A DNA stretch of 24,000 nt, taken from the NCBI GenBank assembly GCA_030621845.1, contig JAUXHA010000033.1:1604-25603 (forward strand). Reading direction: 5' to 3'. A program made the position numbers and the translations under genes. The notes under the pieces were generated by a model, which worked only from the letters and a program-made list of their open reading frames with translations, made no database searches and was not told the DNA's origin. This document shows positions 1-8,911 of this stretch, piece by piece (the stretch's first letter is position 1; every line of letters starts with the position of its first letter). The stretch is from Spongiibacteraceae bacterium (GTDB taxonomy: Bacteria; Pseudomonadota; Gammaproteobacteria; Pseudomonadales; Dasaniaceae).

Positions 1-625
1 TCGCCTCGCCCTCAACAAAAACATTAATACCGGCTTTGGGATTATCCAGCTTAATCGCCAGATGACCTTCACCCAGCTCCCCACGCCTGAAGTCGATATC
101 GACAATGCCATTGGCCGCACCACTGTTTGCGGGCTTGCGGGAAACTCCGGCAAGAACGGGATTTTCCTTAGTAGGCTTAAGGTAATTTTTGGCGCCGGCA
201 TCGCCGACATCAACAAATAAACTGTTACCTTCAATACGGGTTTGGTAGGGCGCTAATTCCACCAGGTTTAATATCATCCGGGTGCGCCCGCCCGATTCAA
301 GAATGACTGCACTGCTGGCATTACCATAAGACAGGGTAAACTTTTTCTCTTTTAACTGACTGCTGACTCCCTCAAAATCCAACGCAATCCTGGCCGGCCG
401 CTCAATGTTATAGCCCTTGGGCTCAGGCGGCACGCCATCGAAATCCAGCCGGACTTCAAAACGCCCGTCTGGTTGGGAGCTAAACTCCACGTTGGTTAAA
501 TTGGTACCCGCTGCAAAGCTAAGGTTGGTAACGATAACGCATACAACCGCTAGCATAATCTTTGCTGGCATCTGTAAGCACCACCTTACAAGCGGCGCGC
601 GCGGTTGTTTATATGCAGTATTCAT
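1..625 (-). CDS. pilQ: Type IV pilus secretin PilQ, N-terminal part (gene runs off the left edge)
   Basis: The minus-strand frame is open to the window edge, so it is absent from the ORF track. My translation from ATG 625 is MNTAYKQPRAPLVRWCLQMPAKIMLAVVCVIVTNLSFAAGTNLTNVEFSSQPDGRFEVRLDFDGVPPEPKGYNIERPARIALDFEGV... This gives a signal peptide followed by AMIN-type repeats typical of PilQ. The gene lies directly downstream of pilMNOP. A GGAG sits 6 nt upstream of ATG 625; alternative in-frame starts are at 631 and 571. Confidence 0.85.
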   Translation of the reverse strand, partial: MNTAYKQPRAPLVRWCLQMPAKIMLAVVCVIVTNLSFAAGTNLTNVEFSSQPDGRFEVRLDFDGVPPEPKGYNIERPARIALDFEGVSSQLKEKKFTLSYGNASSAVILESGGRTRMILNLVELAPYQTRIEGNSLFVDVGDAGAKNYLKPTKENPVLAGVSRKPANSGAANGIVDIDFRRGELGEGHLAIKLDNPKAGINVFVEGEA

Positions 626-645
626 GGACATCTCCACTCTCATTT

Positions 646-1182
646 CTATTCTTCTACAGTCTTTAAATTGACGGTTCTGGGACGTTCTATCCAGCCATCG
701 ACACCATTTGAAACTATCTCTATAACGGAAACATAGGTTTCTGTCGTTTCTACAATACGACCATTGTTACGCCCCATATGATTGCCCTGTTTAACCCTGT
801 GTACTGAGCCATCGTTATCTTCCATCAATATCCATAAAGTACCCGACTGCTGCAGGGTACCCACCATGGTCAGTGAATCCAGACTGAATTGCTCCAGGTA
901 TTCCTTGGTACGACTTTCGTCGGGCTGAACATTGGTTCGGGTTTGAATGAAGGTAATTTCCTTCACATCAATAGGTCGATCAAAGGGGCTACGCAAGGCT
1001 GCCGCGCCATAGGTAAAGGCCTTATATGCCTGGAAGGGCGGTATAGGTTTAATGTGCCCTGCCGGGCGCGACTTCTTTTCAGCCATAAACGCATCGATAT
1101 CACTGTAACCGCCACCGCTACAGGCGGTCAGCAATACAGCGCAGGCGAGGGGGGTAAACTGGAAAAGATTTTTAATCTTCAT
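646..1182 (-). CDS. pilP: Type IV pilus assembly lipoprotein PilP
   Basis: 178 aa. The N-terminal lipobox is LLTAC|SGG. The gene sits between pilO and pilQ in the canonical pilMNOPQ order, 2 nt after the pilO stop. Confidence 0.85.
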   Translation of the reverse strand: MKIKNLFQFTPLACAVLLTACSGGGYSDIDAFMAEKKSRPAGHIKPIPPFQAYKAFTYGAAALRSPFDRPIDVKEITFIQTRTNVQPDESRTKEYLEQFSLDSLTMVGTLQQSGTLWILMEDNDGSVHRVKQGNHMGRNNGRIVETTETYVSVIEIVSNGVDGWIERPRTVNLKTVEE

Positions 1183-1184
1183 GA

Positions 1185-1796
1185 CTAAGCCCCCTCATCC
1201 TTATAACGGTAAGTTTTTGCAGTAATTTTCATCGTCAATGCATTGGTCTTTTTGTCGCGACTGATCAAAAATTTATGCAGCGTAACAATTCTTGGCAAGC
1301 CGGCAATACCACTGACGAATGCGCCAATATCGTGATAGCTGCCCGTCACCACAATATCAATGGGCAATTCCACATAAAATCCCTTAGTCCGCTCAGCCCC
1401 CAACACAATACTGCTGATATCCAGACCATTCTCTACGCCCTTATTGGTAATATCTTCCAATAAACCCGGCACTTCTGTTTCACTGGGTAACTGCCCAACG
1501 AGTGCGCCGAAGGACTCCTCCATCTCTTTCATTTGCTCGCGGTAGGCGTCCAGGTTGGCGGCCTGGAATGCTTTTCGCTCAAATTCTGTTCTTAGCGACC
1601 GCTCTTGCTGCGCTGCACGTTCCTGCTCGGTAATTAAATCCGCAGTATCCTGACTGTAACCCAATGCCAGTACCGCAAAAAAAACAACCGCCCATGCTAT
1701 AGCTTTTATGGCAATAGGCCATGAGCCAATGTTATCCAGGTCGAGATCATTGATATCAAAACCCTGTAATTCTTTTAATGCATCCTGAATAGCCAT
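1185..1796 (-). CDS. pilO: Type IV pilus inner-membrane alignment protein PilO
   Basis: 203 aa. It aligns closely with Pseudomonas PilO as I recall it: DINDLDLDNIGSWP, KAFQAANLDAYREQMKEMEESFGAL, LPSETEVPGLLEDIT, LPRIVTLH, AKTYRY. It has one N-terminal TM segment. Confidence 0.88.
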   Translation of the reverse strand: MAIQDALKELQGFDINDLDLDNIGSWPIAIKAIAWAVVFFAVLALGYSQDTADLITEQERAAQQERSLRTEFERKAFQAANLDAYREQMKEMEESFGALVGQLPSETEVPGLLEDITNKGVENGLDISSIVLGAERTKGFYVELPIDIVVTGSYHDIGAFVSGIAGLPRIVTLHKFLISRDKKTNALTMKITAKTYRYKDEGA

Positions 1797-1799
1797 TCT

Positions 1800-2359
1800 C
1801 TACTTATCCCCACTTTTTGATGGAGTACTGATCTTAACTGACAGCGAAAAGCCACTGGCCTGCTCACCGTATTTAGGCGCGGCTTTAACTGCAGATAAGT
1901 TGGGGGAGGTAAACCAGTCAGAGCTATCCAGCCTTCTCATCAAGCTGGAAATCCTATTATTTGATTCTGAAACACCCTCCAGGGCGACTTTAGCACCCGA
2001 TCGCTTCAGTGTTGTATAGAAAACACCATCGGGTAATGTTCTGACCAATTCATCGAAAATACGTACGATAAGAGGACGATCCCCTTGCAAGCCCTGGATA
2101 ACATTCATCCGATCCAGCAGCTCGTTACGTTTTTCCTCTAATTCCTTAATTTCCGCCACCTGCTCACTCAGCTCATCAATATGACGCTGAAGATAGGCAT
2201 TGCGATGCTGCTGATCATCGATAGCGCCATTGACATACAGGTGCATCAGGATAACCAGGCCAAAACCCAGCACAGCCATGCCACCCAGCACTACCAGAAA
2301 TTCGCGTTTCAGCTCCTGGCGCCGCTCTTCGCGCCATGGCAGTAAGTTGATATTCGCCA

Positions 2360-2360
<1 letters not shown>
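1800..2360 (-). CDS. pilN: Type IV pilus inner-membrane protein PilN
   Basis: 186 aa. It has the conserved N-terminus INLLPWREERR, a single TM segment and a coiled-coil region. The start overlaps the pilM stop by 1 nt. Confidence 0.88.
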
Positions 2361-3454
<1,094 letters not shown>

Positions 3455-3531
3455 TTACAGCGAACTTTTACACACTACATTAAATATCACGTCTGGCGAT
3501 TGCGCAAATAATCAGTGATAAAAAATATGCT

Positions 3532-3537
3532 TATAAT
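3532..3537 (+). promoter_or_regulatory. Candidate -10 hexamer (TATAAT) for ponA
   Basis: A perfect TATAAT lies 65 nt upstream of the ponA ATG, in the AT-rich pilM/ponA divergent intergenic region. No convincing -35 was found at 17 nt spacing, so this is tentative. Confidence 0.3.
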
Positions 3538-3601
3538 TTCACACTTTGGCTTTAACCCTTAAAGTAAAGTATCGTTACTCGTTTATCACAACCGAAAAAG
3601 T

Positions 3602-6103
3602 ATGCCACAAATCACAAAACTCACCAGAATAAGCCTTTGGCTGTTAATAACCGGTATCTCGGGGGCAACATTATTACTTGCCGCCGCCTATTTGTATTTA
3701 AGCCCCCAGTTGCCGCCAGTGAATCTAATAAGAGATGTCCAGCTGCAAACGCCCTCGCGTATCTATTCGTCAGACCGTCAACTGATTGGTGAATTTGGCG
3801 AAAAACGTCGCAGCCCAATTACCTTTGATGAAATACCCCCTCTTTTTGTCCAGGCCATCATTGCCGCAGAGGATGACCGCTTTTTCTCTCACCACGGTGT
3901 GGACCTCACCGGGCTCCTGCGTGCTGTTTCGCAGTTAGTACTCACTGGCGAGAAACAATCCGGCGGCAGTACCATCACCATGCAAGTCGCCCGAAACTAT
4001 TTCCTTTCTTTCGAACGCACTTTCTCCAGGAAATTTAATGAAATCCTGTTAGCATTACAGATTGAACGAGAGCTACCCAAGGAAGAAATCCTTGAACTTT
4101 ATCTCAATAAAATTTTTCTTGGCAATCGCGCCTACGGTATAGAAGCCGCGGCTCAAGTGTATTACGGCGAATCAATCGGCCAGCTGACACTGGCGCAACT
4201 GGCGATGATCGCCGGCCTACCCAAGGCGCCTTCAACCTTTAATCCCATTGTGAACCCCAGTCGGGCGCTGCTCAGGCGCAACTGGATCCTGGGGCGCATG
4301 CATGAACTGGATTACATCGATCAGTCCCAACTGCAGCGCGCGATTGAAAGTCCCCTTGTAGCCAGTTACCACGGCTCAACGCTTAAACTCAGCGCCCCCT
4401 ACGTGGCCGAAATGGCTCGCAAGGTGTTGTACGAGCGCTACGGTAACAAAGCCTATACCGCCGGCTACCAGGTCTATACCACGGTTTCTGCAAAGCTACA
4501 GGCCACGGCTCAACATGCGGTCATCAGTGGTTTGCTGGCCTATGACCGCCGCCATGGCTACCGCGGCCCCGAACAACAACTCGAATACAGCGAAGACGAC
4601 ATTAGCCGTGAAAACTGGTTAAGCACATTGGCCAAAACCGCAAGCTACGGTGGCCTGGCACCCGCCGTGGTCACTAGCGTCCAGCCGCAATCATTTACCG
4701 CGCTACTGGCAAGCGGTGAAGAGGTCAGCGTTGGCTGGGAAGACGGGCTGGCTGATTTCAGGCCCTATCGCAGTGTTAACAGCCGTGGCCCCGCCCCCAA
4801 ACAAGCGGCCGACATTGTTGCCATCGGTGACCTGATCAGGCTTAAACCCGAAGCTGATGAACAGTGGCAATTCTCCCAACTGCCGGCAACCCAGGCAGCA
4901 CTGATCTCCCTGGACAGCAACAATGGTGCCATCCTCAGCTTGGTGGGGGGCTTTGATTATGGGCGCAGCAAGTTTAACCGGGTGACCCAGGCCAACCGAC
5001 AACCGGGGTCAAACTTTAAACCCTTTATTTATACCGCCGCCCTCGCCAATGGCTTTACGCCCGCCACCATCATTAACGATGCCCCTATCGTTTTTGAAGA
5101 CCGGCAGCTGGAAAGTTCATGGCGCCCGGAAAATGCCAGCGGTAAGTTTTTCGGCCCCACACGTATGCGCCAGGCACTGTATTTATCCCGTAACCTGGTC
5201 TCCATCCGGATTTTACGCCGGGTGGGCATCAACACCGCGATCAACTATGTGGGGCGTTTCGGCTTTGACACCCAGCAGCTACCCAGAGACCTGTCGCTGG
5301 CGCTGGGAAGCCATTCACTGAAACCTATGGAGGTAGTGAGCGCCTACTCCGTCCTGTCCAATGGCGGCCACAAGGTATCGCCCTACCTGATCGAGCGCAT
5401 AGAGTCCCTGTATGGCACGGTACTCTATGAAGCTAATCCTGCCACCGTTTGTCTTACCTGCGAAGAAGTCGCCGAAACAGCGACCGAGCCTGCCGCAATG
5501 GCCGCAGAACTGAGTATGGAAGAAATCATCGACCAGGACGACGAGCTGAGCATCGAGGAAATTCTCCAGCAAGAGGAGCAAGCCACTAAACCCGAGCCAG
5601 TAATCGCTGAACGGGTGGTGGGCAAACGCATCGCTTACATCATTGATGACATGCTGCGCGATGTGGTTAAACGGGGTACCGGGCGCAAAGCGCTGGCCCT
5701 GGGGCGCTCAGACCTGGCCGGAAAAACGGGCACCACCAACGGCCCCGCCGATGCCTGGTTTTCGGGCTATGGCGGCGGCGTTGCCACCACCACCTGGCTG
5801 GGTTTCGATAGAAATGAATTACTGGGCCGAAACGAATATGGTGGCTCGGCGGCCCTGCCGATCTGGATCGACTATATGCGTGTTGCCCTTGAAGGCCGAC
5901 CCGAAACGCTGCGAAAGCGTCCGGAAGGCATCGTCAGTGTCAAAATTGACCCCAAAACCGGCCTGTTGGCCAAACCCGGCCAGCAGAACGCGATCTTCGA
6001 AATCTTCCGCCAGGAACTGGCCCCCTCAAGGGAAACCAGCGACAACCACGACCATGTGATACCGTCGGAAGAACAGGATCTATTGGACGATGATATTTTT
6101 TAA
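3602..6103 (+). CDS. mrcA: Penicillin-binding protein 1A (bifunctional glycosyltransferase/transpeptidase)
   Basis: 833 aa. It has an N-terminal TM anchor. GT51 motifs are present (AIIAAEDDRFFSHHGVD, GGSTITMQVARN, RKFNEILLALQIE), as are transpeptidase motifs (SNFKP = SxxK, SRN, KTGTT). Confidence 0.93.
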   Translation: MPQITKLTRISLWLLITGISGATLLLAAAYLYLSPQLPPVNLIRDVQLQTPSRIYSSDRQLIGEFGEKRRSPITFDEIPPLFVQAIIAAEDDRFFSHHGVDLTGLLRAVSQLVLTGEKQSGGSTITMQVARNYFLSFERTFSRKFNEILLALQIERELPKEEILELYLNKIFLGNRAYGIEAAAQVYYGESIGQLTLAQLAMIAGLPKAPSTFNPIVNPSRALLRRNWILGRMHELDYIDQSQLQRAIESPLVASYHGSTLKLSAPYVAEMARKVLYERYGNKAYTAGYQVYTTVSAKLQATAQHAVISGLLAYDRRHGYRGPEQQLEYSEDDISRENWLSTLAKTASYGGLAPAVVTSVQPQSFTALLASGEEVSVGWEDGLADFRPYRSVNSRGPAPKQAADIVAIGDLIRLKPEADEQWQFSQLPATQAALISLDSNNGAILSLVGGFDYGRSKFNRVTQANRQPGSNFKPFIYTAALANGFTPATIINDAPIVFEDRQLESSWRPENASGKFFGPTRMRQALYLSRNLVSIRILRRVGINTAINYVGRFGFDTQQLPRDLSLALGSHSLKPMEVVSAYSVLSNGGHKVSPYLIERIESLYGTVLYEANPATVCLTCEEVAETATEPAAMAAELSMEEIIDQDDELSIEEILQQEEQATKPEPVIAERVVGKRIAYIIDDMLRDVVKRGTGRKALALGRSDLAGKTGTTNGPADAWFSGYGGGVATTTWLGFDRNELLGRNEYGGSAALPIWIDYMRVALEGRPETLRKRPEGIVSVKIDPKTGLLAKPGQQNAIFEIFRQELAPSRETSDNHDHVIPSEEQDLLDDDIF

Positions 6104-6109
6104 CCCCGG

Positions 6110-7477
6110 CTAATCAATCGCTTCCAGCGCCTCCGCCAGTTTGTTGACCGCGATTACCTCCATTCCGGCGATGGGCTGCTTGGGCAAATTGCCCTTCGGC
6201 ACGATCGCCCGACGAAAGCCGTGTTTGACCGCCTCCTGTATACGCTCCTGACCGCTGGGAACCGGGCGAATCTCGCCCGCCAGCCCCACCTCACCAAACA
6301 CCACCAAATCCCGAGGCAATACCCGGTCACGAAAACTGGAGACGATAGCCAGCAACAGCGCCAAATCGGCACTGGTCTCCAGCACCTTAACGCCGCCAAC
6401 CACATTGGCGAACACATCCTGGTCGCCCACTTGCAAACCGCCATGACGATGCAAGACCGCCAGTAACATAGCCAGCCGGTTCTGCTCCAGCCCGACAGCC
6501 ACCCGACGGGGGTTACCCAGCGCTGACTCGTCGACCAGAGCCTGAATTTCAACCAGCAACGGTCGCGTCCCCTCCCACACCACCATTACCACACTGCCGG
6601 ATGCGGGCTCAGTGTCACGGCTAAGGAAAATTGCCGAAGGATTTTTAACCTCCTTTAATCCCTGCTCGGTCATGGCAAATACGCCCAGCTCATTAACTGC
6701 GCCAAAGCGATTCTTTTGCCCCCGCAGGGTGCGAAAACGGCTGTCATCGGAACCCTCAAGCATGATCGAGCAGTCGATCATATGCTCCAGCACTTTCGGC
6801 CCCGCGAGGCTGCCATCTTTGGTCACGTGACCTACCAGAAATAGCACCGTCCCGGTCTGCTTGGCGAAGCGGGTCAGGTACGCGGCGCACTCGCGAACCT
6901 GCGAAACGCTACCCGGCGCCGAGCTGATCTCATCACTGTGGACGGCCTGGATGGAATCCACCACCAGCACCCGGGGGCTGAGTTGCTGCGCCTTGGCGCA
7001 AATGGCCTCAACATTGGTTTCGGATAACATTTTCAAGTCTGCGGTCGGCAGACCCAAACGCTGCGCCCTCATGGCAACTTGCTGCAAGGATTCTTCACCG
7101 GTCACATAAAGCGCACTTCGATTTTGTGCCAGATGGCACATGGTCTGTAACAGCAGGGTGCTTTTACCTGCACCGGGATTACCGCCAATAAGAATCGACG
7201 AACCTGGCACCAAACCGCCCCCCAACACCCGATCAAACTCTCCGGCCCCGCAGGAAAACCGGGGCAGCTCATCCAGGTCAATTTCACCGAGGGTTTTAAT
7301 CGCCGTTGCCGCACCGCCATCATAGCTCTGGAAACGGGCCTCTTTTGCCGACTTGCCCGAGGCCAGCTTTATTTCCGACAGCGTATTCCAGGCCCCGCAA
7401 TCCTTGCACTGCCCCTGCCATTTACTGTATTCCGAGCCACAATCATTGCAGACAAAAGCGGTTTTTATTTTAGCCAT
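6110..7477 (-). CDS. radA: DNA repair protein RadA (Sms)
   Basis: It has the N-terminal zinc ribbon MAKIKTAFVCNDCGSEYSKWQGQCKDCGAWNT, a Walker A motif GGNPGAGKST, the KNRFG motif and a Lon-like C-terminal domain. I place the start at ATG 7477 (MAKIK...), matching the E. coli RadA N-terminus, rather than at the track start 7498. Confidence 0.93.
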   Translation of the reverse strand: MAKIKTAFVCNDCGSEYSKWQGQCKDCGAWNTLSEIKLASGKSAKEARFQSYDGGAATAIKTLGEIDLDELPRFSCGAGEFDRVLGGGLVPGSSILIGGNPGAGKSTLLLQTMCHLAQNRSALYVTGEESLQQVAMRAQRLGLPTADLKMLSETNVEAICAKAQQLSPRVLVVDSIQAVHSDEISSAPGSVSQVRECAAYLTRFAKQTGTVLFLVGHVTKDGSLAGPKVLEHMIDCSIMLEGSDDSRFRTLRGQKNRFGAVNELGVFAMTEQGLKEVKNPSAIFLSRDTEPASGSVVMVVWEGTRPLLVEIQALVDESALGNPRRVAVGLEQNRLAMLLAVLHRHGGLQVGDQDVFANVVGGVKVLETSADLALLLAIVSSFRDRVLPRDLVVFGEVGLAGEIRPVPSGQERIQEAVKHGFRRAIVPKGNLPKQPIAGMEVIAVNKLAEALEAID

Positions 7478-7606
7478 TAAATTTCCCAAGGTAATCAATA
7501 GGGTTACACACCGTGCATTGCACTACCGCTATGCTATCAGTGTAAAAGGGCTGGCGGCAATCTGCCTCTGAGCTTACAATGGTCACCAGCGAATAAAGGC
7601 AACAAA

Positions 7607-8188
7607 ATGAACCGCAAGAGAAACAATTACAGCGCATCCTGGGGCGATATGGTTGAAGCGCGCGGGCTGGCGATTTCCGACAGCTGGCAGCCCTCCAGTC
7701 AATTGCTTAACCAACTCATTAGCCAGGGTATCTCCCGCTATGCACTGCTCAATGAATGGCGCGGTGCCTTCATCCAGATCATGCAAAATGAAGATCGCCG
7801 GGAGGGTCAACAGCAATGGGATACACTGTTCCAGCAATTCGTAGCGCAGCAACAGCCGGTGGTCACTCCCTCCCCCGGCACCTATCCTGGCAGGCCAGGC
7901 AGCGAACCTTCGCGCACAGCCACCATGACTAACGACTGGCAGCCCAGCCAGGAAATGTTAAAACTCATTCGCGACACCGTCTGCCCGAACGGCGACTATA
8001 TTAAAGCGCAGCTAACCAGCTTTAGTAGCCACTTTTATGGCCAACACCATCCCAACTGGGATCAAAAGTTCAGGCAGTGGATTAACAACGGCTGGAATGT
8101 TTACGGCCATAAAAATAATTACAAAGAGCAGTCCGAGCAGGGATTTATTGAAAAACACACCGACCGGAGCTGGGCCGATGACCTCTGA
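7607..8188 (+). CDS. Protein with two tandem DnaT-C-terminal-like (phage O/DnaT type) modules; candidate replication/primosome accessory factor
   Basis: 193 aa. Two internally repeated modules each begin with a (S/D)WQPS motif: SDSWQPSSQLLNQLISQGI...QQQWDTLFQQFV and TNDWQPSQEMLKLIRDTV...HPNWDQKFRQWINNGW. They resemble the E. coli DnaT C-terminal segment as I recall it (PDWQPDADFIRL...VQWQQKLARSL). The C-terminal tail TDRSWADDL is reminiscent of the lambda O tail (TDWIYGVDL). The gene is translationally coupled to the next gene. Confidence 0.6.
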   Translation: MNRKRNNYSASWGDMVEARGLAISDSWQPSSQLLNQLISQGISRYALLNEWRGAFIQIMQNEDRREGQQQWDTLFQQFVAQQQPVVTPSPGTYPGRPGSEPSRTATMTNDWQPSQEMLKLIRDTVCPNGDYIKAQLTSFSSHFYGQHHPNWDQKFRQWINNGWNVYGHKNNYKEQSEQGFIEKHTDRSWADDL

Positions 8189-8768
8189 AGTCAGCGCCAG
8201 GCCAGGCATTGATAAAGAAGCCCTGATTAACGTCATTAATCAGCTGTTCGCCGAGTTCGAACTGGTCTATCACAACCAATACAACAAGGCCTTTCCTAAT
8301 GCTGAAAAAGTAAGCTACGCCAAAAAACTCTGGCTGAGCCACCTCTCGGATCACCCGCCACAAATTATTTTGAAGGCCGCTCACTGCGCCATCAGGGAAT
8401 CGGAGTTCCTGCCAACCATTAGGGGCATCCTCAAATATTGTGATGATGGCTACGGCCTCCCTGATGCCCGCAGCGCTTACCTGGAAGCCTGCCGCGCCAG
8501 CAGTCCAAAAAATGAATTCAACTGGTCACATCCTGCGGTATATTATGCTGGCCGTGAATCAGACTGGTACTTTCTCGCCGGTAGTCAGGAGCAACAAGGC
8601 TTCCCGGTATTCAAACGCAATTATACGCTGATCTGCGAGCGTGTTATTGCTGGCGAAACGCTTTCCATCCCCCTGCCCAAAGCCATTCCTGAAACGATCA
8701 ACACGCCCCTCAGTAATGACCAGCGCAAACAGCGCCTGCAATCCCTGCGCAAAGAACTGAAGATTTAA
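8178..8768 (+). CDS. Phage lambda P-like replication protein (helicase-loader family)
   Basis: 196 aa counted from ATG 8178. A GGAG lies 8 nt upstream, and the start overlaps the upstream stop by 11 nt. The protein is colinear with lambda P as I recall it: INQLFAEF vs INGVFSQL; FLPTIRGILKYC vs FLPSPGQFVAWC; GLPDARSAYLEAC vs GLPNVSELVDMVYEYC; WSHPAVYY vs WKSNAHYW; RVIAGETLSIPLPKAIP vs RINRGEAIPEPVKQLP. Confidence 0.65.
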   Translation: MTSEVSARPGIDKEALINVINQLFAEFELVYHNQYNKAFPNAEKVSYAKKLWLSHLSDHPPQIILKAAHCAIRESEFLPTIRGILKYCDDGYGLPDARSAYLEACRASSPKNEFNWSHPAVYYAGRESDWYFLAGSQEQQGFPVFKRNYTLICERVIAGETLSIPLPKAIPETINTPLSNDQRKQRLQSLRKELKI

Positions 8769-8911
8769 TAACAGGCGATGACAGCGGAAGCGGCTATGGC
8801 CGAAAAATGTATCGCCACACTGAGCCACTCGAACTGAATGCCTAACACCTTAAATCCCCACGGGGCAAACTACCACAGTGCCTGCCCTGCACATAACAAA
8901 GAAGATGACAC

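Noticed and set aside
417-671. An 84-aa plus-strand ORF at the left end.
   Set aside because: It is antisense to the pilQ 5-prime region and the pilP end. The pil operon reading is far better supported.
5643-6059. A 138-aa plus-strand ORF inside ponA, and the other internal ponA ORFs (3621..3818, 4650..5002, 5029..5631).
   Set aside because: They are alternative-frame or antisense ORFs within the PBP1A gene. Their Pro/Arg/Ala/Trp-rich translations are typical of off-frame reading.
6154-7325. Several 60-130-aa ORFs on both strands within radA.
   Set aside because: They are overlapped by the full-length, motif-complete radA frame and are shadow ORFs.
7478-7498. Longer N-terminal extensions from the ORF track: radA from 7498, yhfA-like from 14267, elbB from 15784.
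   Set aside because: Homologue N-termini (MAKxx...FVC for RadA, MxAxVKW for YhfA, MKxxxVxLxGCG for ElbB) coincide with internal ATGs at 7477, 14222 and 15766/15769. The upstream extensions use non-ATG starts or lack an SD sequence.
8037-8177. The track ORF 8037..8768 suggests a 243-aa protein starting at 8037.
   Set aside because: The first 47 codons overlap the 3-prime end of the DnaT-like gene in another frame, and their translation is low-complexity. ATG 8178 has a GGAG SD at 8 nt and begins the lambda-P-like similarity, so I use 8178.
7607-8768. Interpretation of the lambda-like pair as a prophage remnant or mobile element.
   Set aside because: No integrase, repressor, structural or lysis genes, tRNA target or flanking direct repeats are visible in the window. 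Both flanks are core genes with similar composition. Domestication seems more likely, but only the wider genome context can settle it.
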